Below, one piece after another: positions 49,401 through 62,510 of a stretch of 64,000 nt of DNA. Below the pieces are notes generated by a model. It saw only the letters and a list, made by a program, of their open reading frames with translations, had not been told where the DNA came from and ran no database searches. The DNA comes from Balamuthia mandrillaris (taxonomy: Eukaryota), in NCBI GenBank assembly GCA_031835245.2, contig JAVKOQ020000018.1, forward strand, positions 186,001-250,000, read 5' to 3'. The translations under genes and the position numbers were made by a program. Position 1 is the first letter of the stretch; the number at the start of each line of letters is the position of its first letter.

Positions 49401-50200
49401 TGTTGCTGAAGATACTGCAAAAGTGGTTCATGTTGCAGCTGCATCTGTTCCCAGATCTGTTCCGTATCGAAACCTTCCACCAGCAGTTCTTCCAACGGAC
49501 CAAAACTTACGTTTTTTGTTTGTGGTTCTGTCCTCTTTGCTATTTATTTTTTTGGAAAAAAAACCGGATTAGTAGAAGTGAAACAAAAACAAGAAGAAGA
49601 ACAGAACTAAAACAAGGACAAGCACAAGCAGAAGAAGAAGAGGAAGAGGAAAGAACAAGAAGAAGAGGAAGAGGAAAGAAGAAGAAGAAGAAGAAGAAGA
49701 AGAAGAAGAAGAACAAGAACAAGAAGAACAAGAACAAGAAGAAGAAGAAGAAGAAGAAGAAGAAGAAGAAGAAGAACAAGTAGAAGAATAAGAAGAAGAA
49801 TTTAAAAATAGTTAAAAAGATGAAAATAAAGGAAAAAAGCTTTCGCACCAAAGTCAAAAAGATTTTTAGTGAGAAGAGTGAGTTCGGAGTCGAGTTCGGA
49901 GGAGGCCGTCACAAAAACTTCGGGATTGGCCTGCACGCGCTCGATGAAGTTCGCAGCGGCCTTCAATGCCCCCTTTTCGTCCTCATACCGCCGCTGTTGT
50001 TTGTCTTTGTTGTCGATTGCTTGCGACCGCGGTTCATCTCTCTTCCGTTTTTTGTCGTTGTTTGTCATTTGATTTTTCTTTTCTTTTTTCTGAACACTGG
50101 CCGAAGAAGCGACGACCAATTCCACCGGAGCACCGTTCGTGGCTGGTGTCTTCGCTCCTCCTCCTCCTCCTCCTCCGCGTTTGTTCCTTGCACGTCCCAT
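46463..50200 (-). CDS. MPP10: U3 snoRNP protein MPP10
   Basis: VEGFDTEQIWEQMQL, WALSGEVNSKQRPQNSLL, IKQRILEESWDDV, KLDSLSNFHYTPKP and LLAPEEVY motifs; ends HLKL*. Confidence 0.93.
46823..47023 (-). repeat. (GTGCTT)n intronic microsatellite
   Basis: AAGCAC tandem array on the + strand inside the last MPP10 intron. Confidence 0.9.
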
Positions 50201-50295
50201 CTTTATTTTGTCCGCGTATGCCCCGAGTGAAACGATGCAGAGAGAGAGAGAGAGAGAGAGAAAAAGTGTTTCTTCTTTTCTTCTTCCTTTCGCTT

Positions 50296-50358
50296 TGTCG
50301 ACAAAAAAGTGTCGACAAAAAGACTTGACAAAGTCTGCAAAATTAATTTATGTCGACA
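50296..50358. promoter_or_regulatory. Cluster of three TGTCGACA palindromes upstream of MPP10
   Basis: Exact copies at 50296, 50310 and 50351. The same motif occurs at 5567, 5603, 5624, 42548 and 54825. Confidence 0.6.
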
Positions 50359-50473
50359 TAAGAAACTTCGGAGTTAATGATTTGAAATTTCCATCCAAAT
50401 TTCTTTTCATTTTTTAACCCAAAAAAATTGTTTGTCCTTTGCGTATCTATTCTTTCTTTCTTTGCTCCGCAGT

Positions 50474-53400
50474 TCAGTCGTCTTCATCAAAATCAAAAAC
50501 TCTCAAGGCAGAAGGAGCGGGTCGATTTCGTTGAGGTTTCGGCTTTGCCTTTGGTGGTGACTTTTGGAGCAAAGCAGGAGAAGAAGGAGACTTTGTTATC
50601 GTTGCCATCCGTCTTCCTTCGGTGATTTTGCTTTTCTTCTCTTCTTTTTCCATTTTGTTTTCTTTCTCCTTTTCTCCTTTTTCTTCTTCTTCCTCCTCAT
50701 CCTCTTCTTCCGAAGTAAAATCAAATACTTTGAAACGTTCGTCCGTGGTGGCATGAAGTACCTTTCTTCTCTTCTGATTGTTGCCACCCGCTCCTCCCTC
50801 GATTTGAAGATCCGAATAAGAAGCGGATTTTTTCGCGGTTGTCACCGTTTTTCTCTTTTGTGTCTTTTTCGTTGCTCGTTGTGTCTCCATACGAACCACT
50901 TTTACTTCCACTTCGATTTCCTCCTCATCCTCAGAGCCAAATTCAAATATAGCCGCCGAAGAAGTTGTTCTCTTTTGTTTTTCTTCCTCCTCCATTTCTT
51001 CTTTGCTTGTCGTTGCCGCTCGCTTCAAACTGGAACTTCTCTTTCTCTTCAACGCAGGGGAAGAGGAAAGAGACGAAGAAGGAGAAGACGAAGGAGAATA
51101 AGGTACATCAATGGATGATCTTCTTCCTCTTCTTGTTCTTCTGTTTTCCATTGTTGGACTATTTTGTGGTTGCCGTTTTGTGGATGGACTGTTTTTCGTT
51201 CTTATGGTGATATTTGTTTTCGTCGGTGTTTTAGTTTTAGTCTTTCGAAAAGCAGGAGAAGACGGTAAAGAACGACCACGAGAAGAAGTGGAAGTGGAAA
51301 GAAGTGCAGATGTGCTTTTGACGCGACGGAGAGGGGAGGGGGTGGACGAAATTGTTGGAAGTTTTGGAGATGATGCATTTCGTCTTGTTGGAGTTGTTTT
51401 TGTTGGTGTTGTTGGAGTTCGCTTCTTTCGAGGACTATTTAAAGGAGATGAAATCATGGTGCTGTTGATGTTGGAAGAGGAGGGGGAGGAGAGGAAGGAG
51501 AAGGAGGAGGAGGAGGAAGAAAAAGAGGAAGAAGAAAGAATGGAGTCTTTCCATAAGGGCCATTCGTGAAGGTCTTCCATGGGTCGACCTTTGGAGATGA
51601 CTTCGGCTAAAGTGGTCAGCCAGCGATGCTCTGCTTTGTTGTCGTAATCGCTTGGTTGGGATTCTTCGCTTGAGAGACTCTTTTCTGCTGCTTTCATGTG
51701 TTCTGTCAAGTCCCTTTTTATTTATGTTAATAAGCAGAAATCCTAACGGAAAAGAATAGAAGCAGAAAAAGAACAAAAAGGTACCATCCGGTCAAACGAG
51801 CACCAACATCCAAACACGCTTTCACCTTCCGCAGCAAAACGGGGCGTTCGGCAGCGTCGCTGCAATAACACAACAAGTAAAAGTAATACTCCACCAACAA
51901 AACTGGGGATTGGACTTCCTTCTCCACTCTTGGGCGCAGCATCTTCAGCTTGTAGAGACCTTCCTCCGCTCTCTCTTTTGTTAGCATCAAGAAACTTGCA
52001 CTGTTGATTTGCCATAATAAGTTCTGATTGCCCCAACAATAGGAATGTCAGATAAAGCAAAGAAGGCTTCAAAGAACGAAGAGAGGAGCGTACTTCCGGA
52101 TCAACTTCTAAAGCACGAGCATAGAGCCGTTGAATTGGTTCTCTATGTTCTACTGGAGATCGTTGATATAATAGCGTAGCAAACGATCCAAAGACCCAGG
52201 CCTCCTCTTTCGAGACAGGCACACCAATTTCTTTCTTTTTCTCTTCTTTTTCTTCTCTGCTTAATTCATTTTCGTGCAAGGTTGTTAAAGTATCCTCTTC
52301 TTCCTCTTCTTCCCAAGTTTTTCCACTGTTTTCGTTGGCGACAAGAAAAACACTTTCCATGCCGAGTCGCTTCTCTAAAGCTTCGCATGCTTGACGAGCA
52401 ACAGCCTCCGCCTCGTCTCCATTACCTTGGACCTCTGCCAGAAACGCAGAGTAATAAGCCATCGCAAAGAGATTGTCGGGAGAGCGTTGCATCGTTTGGG
52501 AGTAATACTGTTGGGCTTGTTGAGGGTCGCAGAGCATGTGCACAAAATAGAAGAACAGGGCCTCTTCTTGAACGTAGTTAACGTCTGCGCTTTGTTGAGC
52601 AATCCACAAAAGCGTCTGTTGAATAACATTTACGAGTAAGCAGAAAGAACTAAAAGAAAAGAGACAGAGAAAATATTAAACGAAGAAAGAAATAATGAAA
52701 AGGGTCATAAACGTTAAAGAAAAAAAAATGAAAGTACTTTGTAAGCAGGTTGATGGTATTTGTCTCGTTCAATGGATTTGAGGGCATAGCAACGGGCTAA
52801 AGTGAAGTCATTATTGTACAGCGCCACAGATGCGATTTCATTCAACTTTGTGGCAGACAGTTGAACTCCTGTTCCTTTGTTCTCTTCTTCCAACAGAGTA
52901 TCTACATAGATTTTCAAAAGTTCTTTGCCTTCCGCTTCTTTTCCCATTTGCAACAATGCCATTCCTTCCAGTTTCAAATAGATTAACGGTAATTTTGTTT
53001 CCTTGTGATGATTTATGAGTATTTTAACGAAAGGCTAGGAGTGAATTCGCTACTAACCTTACTGTCATCAGAACTTCCCACGGTGAACATGAACGAAGGG
53101 TCATAAGTGAGTTCCAGTGAAGATGTTTGGGAGGATTCTGAGAAAGAGGAAGCAGTAGACGAAAGGTGTGATGAACCCGTCCCATTTTGTTTGGCGATTT
53201 CGATTTGCTGAAGACTCTCCTTGAACATTCCTCTCTTCTGCAAGTACTGAATGAACTCTCTGCGCGTCCATTCATCACATCGACTTATCCGATGATTTGG
53301 GTCGTCTTCAGCCAAATCCAATGGTCTTCTGTACGCTTCTGCCACTAATGCTATTCTCACATATTGGTTAGGTGATATCTTTCATTCAAGAATAAAGAAT

Positions 53401-54751
53401 CATAACGGGGAGAGAGAGAGAAAGAGAGGCGAGTAAGAGCGCAGAGAGCAGAGAAAGGAGGAAAACTAACCTAAAGCGTTCCAGTTTAATTCTCTTCTGA
53501 CTTCGATGGATTCTCGAGTGGATAGAGTGCCATCCAGCTTCTGCAGTAATGAGCGTGTCTCATCGGCATCGCTGCTAGTGACCCTCCAAAGCCGCGGGAA
53601 AGTAAGTGGTTGTGTCATGCTGAACCAGTTCACTTTCCTCCAACGTTTTGTTGGGTCCATCACCAATAATTCTGCCAACAAGATGCATTTGAGAAAAATT
53701 GAATGAGATAGAAGATTATGAAGAAGAGAATAAAACCTCCAGGTTTGTGAGGAACGGGCGTTAACTCTTGTATCAAATGAAGTTCCTCCACGTGAAGCTG
53801 AATGAGACGCCGCAGAACTGCTTTGAATCGCGATATATCATGGACGAGCAAGCAACAATCGTATTCATTGTGCTGTACATATGTCGGAGGTTGTTGATGT
53901 TGTCGCAAAGGAGACGAAGAAGAGGACGAGCTAGGTACAGAAGCAGAAGAAGAGGATATGGAAGAAGCTTTGTTGGTTGGTTGTTCGCCAAAGTACTGAT
54001 AGCTAAGTTGGTTCAAGAAACTGCAACGGAAGAGAAACGCACGCCAGAGTAGTTACAAACAAAAATGCCAAAGAAAGAAATACGTTAATGATACTAATAA
54101 TAATAAACAAAACACCCGAAAATAAAAACCAACAGACCTGTTCTTGGTATGTTCGTTAGGGACGAGAGCAACGCGCACAACGGCCGGCTTCAGGCCGCCC
54201 GTCTTCCAAAAGACCATGTTCGTCAGGTCCACCGGCAGCTCCTCCAGGATCAACGCGCTGAGCGGGCGGGCCAGCTCTCCCACCACCCACACCACCAGCC
54301 TGCCTCGGGTGGAGCTGTGCAGCGACAGGCTTTGTGGTTCTCCCTTGGACGACGGCGAAGTGCGTCGACGAAGGTTGAACATGGTTTGAAAGTGGGCCAA
54401 CACTTTGGGTCGGATGTGATCAGCGTAGAGACGTTTCCAACGGAGGTCTTCATCGTTGCTCTCGTTCTCCGCGTCGTCTTCTTCTTCTTCCAAGGTCATG
54501 GAGTCATCCAGCGAGCAAGAAGAAGAGGGCCACGGCACGCGGACGTAGTCGATGCCCACCGAAGAGGCGCTGGGGATGGGCTCCTTACCGTTTTTTTCGT
54601 CTTCGTTGAGGGAGGTGAGGATGCTTTTGACCCAGGAGACGGCGCTGTGGTCCTTGGTGGCGTCCACCACGAACCACTGGGTTGGCACGCAGAAAAACTC
54701 TGTCTTGGTGAGACTGCACAAGCGAGCCATCTCTACCTCTCGCCCTCGCAC
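50474..54751 (-). CDS. Large multi-exon TPR/helical-repeat protein with a disordered basic Ser/Pro-rich C-terminus
   Basis: Chain of - strand ORFs joined by GT-AG introns; TPR-like segments AQQYYSQTMQRSPDN and RLYARALEVDPE. Treating it as a single gene is an inference. Confidence 0.6.
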
Positions 54752-55091
54752 TCTCGTAGTCCGCTACCTGTTTGTTTTTTTTATTGTGTTTAGCCCGAAA
54801 AATTTCCAAGAATAAATTTCGAGTTGTCGACATAGTTTTATATTGTCGACCATCGATATTTTTGGATAATTTTAAATAATGCAAATTGTCGGCAAATAGT
54901 TACCGCAGAAGAAATAAAGAAACAAATGATCACCGGTGCAAGCAAGAACCACTAAGGCTCGTGTTGGTAAAGATTCTTCCCGCCAGGCGAACTGCTGTTG
55001 TCTCTTCTCTCAGATCAAAACAACCGCACCACTCAGTTCGCTTTCTTTCCCTCCCTCCACACGATTTCATTCAAATTCAAAACAAGTCTGG

Positions 55092-56293
55092 ATGACGAGA
55101 GAGCCAGCCAGGGTGCCCTTGAAGGAAACGGTGCTGGCGAGCACCTTTGCCGGCGTTCTTTCGCGCGTGCCTTGCCACCCGTTGGACACCTGCAAAGCCA
55201 AGCTTCAGGTGGAGCGTGGCTCCATCGCCGCCGGGACAAGCTCGTTTCGAGAGGTGGTCGTTCGGACGTGGCGACAGGATGGCCTCAAGGGCTTTTACCG
55301 GGGCTTCGGCATCACTTTTCTAGGTTCCTCTCTCCCTGTTTCTTTTATCTTCGCCTCTCATTCTTCTTGTTCTTGTTCTTGTTCTTCTTCTTCTTGTTCT
55401 TCTTCTTCTTCTTCTTCTTCTTCTTCTTTTTCTTCTTCCCATCCTTTCTACTCTTTTTTTCGTTCTGCCTTTGCTTCTTCTTCCTTGTGACGCTCACAAA
55501 CTCCACGTTAGGCTCCGCTCCAGCTGGCTGCCTGTACTTTACCTCCTACGAACTCAGCAAAAATGTTTTGACCACCTCTGCCTCCTCGTTGCCTTTCCCT
55601 TCCTCCTCCGCCTCTTTCTTGATCCACTTCACCTCTGGCCTCGTTGCCGAAGCCGTCAGCTGCATCCTATGGGTTCCCATCGACATCATCAAACAACGCC
55701 TTCAAGTCCAAATCTCATCACCAACGTCTTCTTCCTCCTCTTCTGCTTCTGCTTCTTCTACTTATCATTCTCGCAACTATGGCTATAAGAACGGGTTCCA
55801 TGCCTTGAAGACCATCGTGCAAAGGGAGGGAGTGTTGGGGCTGTATCGAGGCTATGGCGCCACGCTCCTCACCTTTGGTCCTTACTCTGCCCTCTACTTT
55901 CTCTTCTACGAACGCTTCAAATCCTTAGCTTCGTCTTTCTCCTCCTCTTCTTATCCTTCTACTGCTGCTTCGTTTGCCACAACAACATTGTCGTTGGGTT
56001 GGATAGTGGCCTGTGCAGGAGGCGCTGGTGCGTTGGCCTCGTTGTGCACCAATCCGCTGGATGTTGCTAAACTGCGGTTGCAAGTGGAGGAGAGCAAAAA
56101 AGAAGGAAAAGGAGGAGAATACGTTACTCGAAATGTGATGCAAGGGGTGAGGCTGTTGTGGAAGGAAGAGGGTGTTAGGGGTTTGTTTCGAGGAGCACAA
56201 GCGAGGATGGCGTTTCAGGCACCAGCATCCACCATCTCGCTCGTTGCTTACGAGCAGTTCAAGAAGTTCTTCTTTGCTGCTTCTTCTTCGTAA
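55092..56293 (+). CDS. Mitochondrial carrier family (SLC25) protein
   Basis: Three PxDxxKxR/K signatures (PLDTCKAKLQ, PIDIIKQRLQ, PLDVAKLRLQ) and GxxGxYRG motifs. Confidence 0.93.
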
Positions 56294-56390
56294 GCATTCT
56301 TCTTCCGCTCCTTTTGTAACTGTTTTTTTGTTGTAGATAAATGAACGAATGGGAAAGAAACGAAAAGCAAAGAAAGCGAAATCTAAGGGA

Positions 56391-57784
56391 TCAGGAAGAA
56401 GAAGAAGCTTCAACTTTTCCTTTTCCTTTTTCTTCTTCTTGGTCTTCTGTAACATCAAGTGGCTTCAACCGGATGAGCTTGTTGCTTTCGGCGGCGATTT
56501 CGGAGATGTTGACCCTGCCTCTAAAGTTGATGAACCTGGCGACAGCATCCATCTCTGCTGGAGAAATGTAAACAAACTTGCCTCGGTCATCGATTACTCC
56601 TTGCAGTTCCCCTGCCTCCTCCAACGAGTGTATCTTGTCTACTACTTCCTGTTGGCAACAGGATAACGTTTGAAAAAGTAATATGGTAAGACAAGCATAA
56701 CGAGAAAAGAGAATCGTGAAGGGCACAGAGGGGAAACCAAACCTGAGTACGCAGATCAAACTCAGAGGCCAAAGCCTCCAAAGTAACTACTTTATGCTGC
56801 GTCACATAGTCTGCAAATTGAGCGAGCTTCTTTTGCTTCTCCTCCAACTCGGTCTTAAGACTGCCCTCCTCTTCCACTTCCAACATGTCCTTCCACTTGG
56901 CAAACTCTTCGGCCTCCTTTCTCTCCCTCTCCTTTCGCATGAGCTCCAACAGCTCCTTCTCTTTCTGTTCTTGCTGCTGCCTCTCTGCCTCCTTCTGTTG
57001 ACGCTCCGCCTCTTCCTTGGCCTCCTTGGCCTTCTTCTTGGCGAGGTGCTCCTCTTGGGCCTGTCGCATTTGCTTGCGTTCCTCCTTGCGCTGTTGCTTG
57101 AGCATGTACTTCTTTCCCTTTTTGCCGGATGGGAGCAATGCTGCGTTGACTTCATCTTCTTCATCTCCTTCTTCTTCCGACTCATCCTCCTCTTCAGCTT
57201 CTGCTTCTCTAACAACTTGTGTTTCCTCTATTTGTGGTTTTTAAAGACTTCAGCAAACAAGAAAGGAGAACAAAAGGAGAAGAAAGAAAGACGAGGTACC
57301 CTGTTCGTTCCTTTGTCCTGCTCTTCTTCGACGCAACCGGTCCAGACCTCCTCTACCCCTTCGTGCTGGGCGAGCAGCTGCTTCCTCTTGTTCCTCTTCC
57401 TCCTCTTCCTCCTCTTTCTCAACTGGTTGTCGTGTTTGCTACTCGGTTTGAAGATATGCAAGCAGAGTGAGTGGAGTGATCGAACTTCAAAGGTTTCACA
57501 AAAAAATAATCAAATCTGAAATGAAAGAAAGGTTGGAAGAGGAAGAACAAGAACAAGAACAAGAACAAGAACAAGAACAAGAACAAGAACAAGAACAAGA
57601 ACAAGAACAAGAACAAGAACAAGAACAAGAAAGGAAGTGCAAGAAAGTATAATCTAACCTGAGGAGAAGAGGCTGCTTTGGAAGGAGGAGGCGCAGCCAG
57701 CTTGTACATCACGACCAAGATGCAGGCCAAGAAGGCAAAGGAAAAGATAAGAACCAACACGTAGGCTGCAAAAGGAATCATCAT
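56391..57784 (-). CDS. DDRGK1: DDRGK domain-containing protein 1 (UFBP1, UFMylation adaptor)
   Basis: N-terminal TM, charged coiled coil, KVVTLEALASEF, GVIDDRGKFVYIS and RGRVNISEIA motifs. Confidence 0.93.
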
Positions 57785-57971
57785 TGTGGGTAGTAAACAA
57801 GGCCACACCAAAGCGGGCTTCACGTTTAAAAGTTGATATCAAATCTTTCTCTGTGGTATTTTTTTTCGTGGGCTGCACAAAAACTTTTTTACCCATTATT
57901 TTCCTTTCAGAAAAAAAAATCGAGTGCTAATCAGAAGAGATACTCAAAAAAGCAACACAATCTCATCAATA

Positions 57972-58043
57972 GCCCCGATGGTGAAGTTGGCATCACACGG
58001 GTTTGTGGTACCCGTATCCCCGGTTCAATTCCGGGTCAGGGCA
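57972..58043 (+). tRNA. tRNA-His (GTG)
   Basis: Acceptor GCCCCGA/TCAGGGC (one C-A mismatch), anticodon arm ACGGGT-TTGTGGT-ACCCGT, T-loop GTTCAATTC; oligo-T terminator follows directly. Confidence 0.92.
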
Positions 58044-58237
58044 TTTTTTTGATTCTTCCTCTCACTGCTCCTCGGTGCTCCACACGAGGGCCCACATAGG
58101 CTGGAGGAGCGTCCGTTCAAATCTCACTCATTGCAAACTCGTTTTTTCCTGAAAGGCATTACTGACGTCGGTTCAACTCTCACTGCCCCAAAGTTTTTTC
58201 TTTTTAAAAGAAAAGGGAGAAAGCAAAAGAAAGAGCA

Positions 58238-58563
58238 ATGGGGCTGCATCCGAATTGGAAGCCTTTGTTGCGCGAGACCTATCCGGAGGCTTTCATACAA
58301 GAACTGCCCGCTGCTACGGCGTCCACTGGAGGAGATGCAGCAGGCGATCCGCAACAACATTGCAACGACGTCCTTCTCATCGACTTTTTGCCCATGATCT
58401 TCAGCAAAAGCAAGAACATAAAGACGGGGGAGCATTTTGTACGTTGGATCTTCAAGCTCATTCGTTCCTTCTTTGACAAGGGCGGGCACACCTGCGTGAT
58501 TCTTATTGACACAGGCAAAAAGGTCCCCTTTGCCAAAGGTTTCTCTCTCGTCATCCCCGTCCT

Positions 58564-58604
<41 letters not shown>

Positions 58605-58805
58605 CACTCTTTTCTCTCTCTCTCTCTCTCTTTCTCTCCTTCGACTTTGTAGCGCCGACGCAGATGGAACGTGATAAGTACACGAAGCCCTTGTCTAAAG
58701 ATGAACTGGCCAAAGATCTCAAGACGGACGGAAACGTCATTGGACCTGGCCTTTTGCACCACGAATGGTATCGCCTGATGGCTAACCGGTACTTGCTTCT
58801 TCTCA

Positions 58806-58841
<36 letters not shown>

Positions 58842-60840
58842 CTCTCTCCTGTTTTTTCGAGTTGTGTTCTCGTTTGCTAATCTTTTTGTTTTTTCCCTTT
58901 CGCTTGGTCGTTTCGCTTTACTCTTTCTCTTTCTTTTTCGTCGTTCTCTTTCTCTCCTCTTTTTGTCTCTTGTATCCATCAAAGAGAGCTGAGGGCCGAA
59001 ATCTTTCGTTACTTTGAGGAGGAGTTCCTGCATAGCTTCTTTGCCAACGTTAAGAAAAAGACCTGGGCCGAATGGAGAGGCCATCGCAACCGCTCACGCG
59101 GAGAGAGCAGCCTGGGCAAAGGTTCTGAGGAGAAAGGAATAGCCTTCAAGAACATCATTGTGGATGGCGGACAACAGTACAGAGGTGTACCCTATATCAT
59201 TCGCTCTTATGGAGAAGTGGAAGTGAGGAAGGATTGGGAGACTTTCATCGGAGAGTCTGACCTGAAGATCCCATTCTACATCAATCATGTGTTTCTTCAG
59301 GAAAATGTTTTGGTACGTCTTTCTTCTCTTTCCTCTTTGTTCTTTGCTCTTTCTTATTTACGAGCTCACTATGATATCAGGTTTACAGCATCGATTCGGA
59401 TCTTATAAGGATTCTTTTGTTGCACACCCGTTTAAGAGTAGATGAGAGCACGGGCCAACCGGCCACAAAAGTGTATCTTCGTTTGAATGATAGCAAGAAA
59501 TTAGTTCCAAAGGAGAACGGCTCTTCTTCACCCACTTTGAATGGAGACAAAGAAGACCAGAAAGAAGAAAACGCTTCAGAGAGCGACGAAGGGAAGGAGA
59601 ATGAAACAGAGGAAAAGGAAGCAGAGCGAGAGAAAAACAGAACGAAGAAGCGACAACCAAAACGAAGCGCAACGAAGAAAGACAAAGAAAAAGAAGTTGG
59701 CGAGGATGAGGATGTTCTCGCGAAAAATGAACAAGAAACAAAAGCAGCAGCAAAAATGACCAAAGAGGAACTTGAGCAAAACTTTGACACTATTTTCTGC
59801 CAAGGTATTTGCTTTCTTCTTTGTCCTCTCTCTCTCTCTCTCTCTCTCTCTCAACTAATAGTTTCTTTGCAAAGATATCATTGACATAAATAAGTTGTGG
59901 AGTGGAATCATTGCAGATTGGCAAATGGCATGTCCTGAATTCTTAGATCCTATCCCAAGTGTTGTTTTGCTTATGATACTTGGTGGCGACGACTTTGTGA
60001 AGAACCTTCCTAATTGTGGAGCTAAACTATTGGTATACTTTCTTTTCCTGCTCTCTCTCTCTCTCTCTCTCTCTTGCTCTCTTGTGATTGACATTTCCTC
60101 CGATAGTATCAAGTTTACATGGAGAATATAGCTGCAATTGGTTTTCCTCTCGTGACGGTAGAAAACTTCGGGGTGGGTACCGTTGCTCACGTCACGCTAA
60201 ACTCGGATGCTTTACGACTCTTGGTGCGTTACGTGTACAAGAAGAAGCTTAAAGTTGCCATCACCAAAGATAAAGGAAAGACTTACACGGATCTCCCTTC
60301 CTACGAAGAGCTCCGTGTCTATTCGCTTGGCTATAAGAAACAGGTTTGTTGTTGCCCTTGTTTTATTATTTGCTTTTCTTTCGTCTTCGACTCCATCACT
60401 TCGTTCACTTTTATCCTGACGAGCTTATCTTTTTTTGATATCATGGCAACCAGGCACTTCATTGCATACCAGAAGAACAAGTGGAAGCCAAATTTAGACG
60501 CTGTCGCTGGACATTGCTCTACACCCTCAATGGACCCAACCCCGGTCTCACCGTGCCCGACTGCATTGCCATGAATCCAGAAGACGGGCTATCTTTGCAC
60601 GGATGGGAGCTAAAAGACCCAAAAGCTCCCAAAACTAGGAAGAATATTCAGAGAGCGGTCAAGATCTCTCCAGAACTTAGCTACACGCTGCCTATCAAAC
60701 CGACCTTCTCTCTGCCTCCCCCGCCTATCCCGTGGTCACAGCAAATGCCTTCTCTCAAGGACGCGCTTCTGTTCTCTCTGCCGTTGCTGCTTGCCGCCTC
60801 TTCGGGACTCATTTCTTATTTACGTTCAAGACAAAAGTAA
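58238..60840 (+). CDS. PIN/FEN1-XPG-like 5' nuclease superfamily protein with a hydrophobic C-terminal tail
   Basis: N-terminal MGL, VLLIDF, GESDLKI, IDSD and ILGGDDFVKNLPNCG motifs. Confidence 0.65.
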
Positions 60841-60926
60841 TGTTTTCAAACGTCTAAGTACATTACAGGTTTTTTTTCTTTTTTTTCTTCTATGCTTCTT
60901 CACTTTGTTTTCAACAGAGGGCTTCT

Positions 60927-61979
60927 TTAAACAACTCCTCCATGTTCGTGATGAGGATGATGTACTTCAACTTCCACGCGAGCCGCACTTGCACAAGACA
61001 ACATCCACAAGCCCGAGGGACGACATCCATTCTCGCAGGCCCACTTGAGCACTTCTAGATGATTGTTCTTGGTCGCCAAGCTGACTACCATTTCTTCATT
61101 CCAAGGACATCCGTTTTCTCTGGCCCACTTGAGCACTTCCAGGTGGCCGTTCTTGGCTGCAGCCTCGCAGGTATGTTCATTCCACTCGCATCCGTTCTCT
61201 CTCGCCCATTGAAGCACTTTCAAGTGACCGTTCAACGCCGCTCTGCTGCAGGTCATCCAGTTCCAAGGGCATCCGTTCTCTCTCGCCCACTGGAGCACCT
61301 CCAGATGGCCGCTCTCCGCTGCCTCCGCGCAGGTCCACGCGTTCCACGGGCATCCATTCTCTCTCGCCCACCGCAGCACCTCCAGATGGCCGTTCTGAGC
61401 GGCGTTGCAACACACTCGCCAATCCCAAGGGCATCCGTTCTCCTTGGCCCACCGCAGCACCTCCAGGTGGCCGTTTCTGGCGGCACAGGCGCAGGTCCTC
61501 CAATCCCAAGGGCACCCGTTCTCCCTCGCCCACTGCAACACCTCCAAGTGCCCGTTCAGCGCCGCCCTGCAACAGGTTAGCTCGTTCCAAGGGCACCCGT
61601 TCTCCCTCGCCCACTGCAACACCTCCAAATGCCCGTTCTCCGCCGCCTCCGCGCAGGTCCACTCGTCCCATTCGCACCCCCGCTCCTCCTCTCGCAGCCA
61701 CCTCAGCACCTCCACCTCTCCCTGGCTGGCCGCAGCCGCGCAGGTCTCCTCCGTGAGCGGGCAGCCCTCCTGTTCGACGGCCCACCGCAAGAGGGAGGGG
61801 GAGCGGCAGAGCGCCCGCAGGCTGGTGCGCTGGCGGAGGTGAGCCGGGCTGTTGCGGTACCATTGCGTGCAGGCGCGGGCGGCTATGGCCACGTGATCGG
61901 CAGGCAGGGAGTGGAGGAGGATCCTCAGGGCTTCTTCCTCCTCCTTGCTGGGCTGCAGTGGTACCACCTCGGGATCCAT
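60927..61979 (-). CDS. Intronless ankyrin-like repeat protein (GHLEVLxWARENGCPW type) with an F-box-like N-terminus
   Basis: About nine 25-aa tandem repeats, also visible as 75 bp DNA repeats; likely start MDPEVV at 61979. Confidence 0.88.
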   Translation of the reverse strand: MDPEVVPLQPSKEEEEALRILLHSLPADHVAIAARACTQWYRNSPAHLRQRTSLRALCRSPSLLRWAVEQEGCPLTEETCAAAASQGEVEVLRWLREEERGCEWDEWTCAEAAENGHLEVLQWARENGCPWNELTCCRAALNGHLEVLQWARENGCPWDWRTCACAARNGHLEVLRWAKENGCPWDWRVCCNAAQNGHLEVLRWARENGCPWNAWTCAEAAESGHLEVLQWARENGCPWNWMTCSRAALNGHLKVLQWARENGCEWNEHTCEAAAKNGHLEVLKWARENGCPWNEEMVVSLATKNNHLEVLKWACENGCRPSGLWMLSCASAARVEVEVHHPHHEHGGVV

Positions 61980-62510
61980 TATTATGGTTATTTGTTGTGG
62001 ATAGGGGTGTGGTTTTTTTTGTTTTAAATCTTTTAAAAGAACAAAAACAACAACAGAGAAGGAAGGGGGGGGGGAGGGATAATGCGTTCTCTCTAACGAG
62101 TTGGCGATGGAGTTGCTGGTGATTTTCTGGCTGGCATTGGCCATTGAAGAAAACTCGACGCCCACAGGATTGGAGGGCGGGCATCCATACGTGTCACGTG
62201 TGCGTCGAATTCGTTGGAGGGGCTCCACACGTGCGCTGCAGTTTGATCGCGATTCGAATTGAATTTCCTGCTTCTACGCACCGATTTGTCCAATCAGAAA
62301 CCAAACTAATAGATCAGTGGATGATCAGATTATCGTAACATGCTACATTCCTATTTCTGATTATCGCAGATTTCTATCGATTTTATGAATGAAGCGGATA
62401 AATAATTTTATCCGTTGATTTATTCCGGAATTAAACCAAAAAAAAAAATGGCGGAGAGTTACGCAGCAAAAAAAAAATATACGAAAGCTTAACAACAACA
62501 ACCACGGGTA

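Noticed and set aside
56716..57519. 267 aa Leu-rich + strand ORF
   Set aside because: Antisense to the charged coiled coil of DDRGK1.
61080..61750. 75 bp periodic repeats as a CRISPR array
   Set aside because: They are in-frame 25-aa protein repeats without unique spacers; no cas genes; eukaryotic context.
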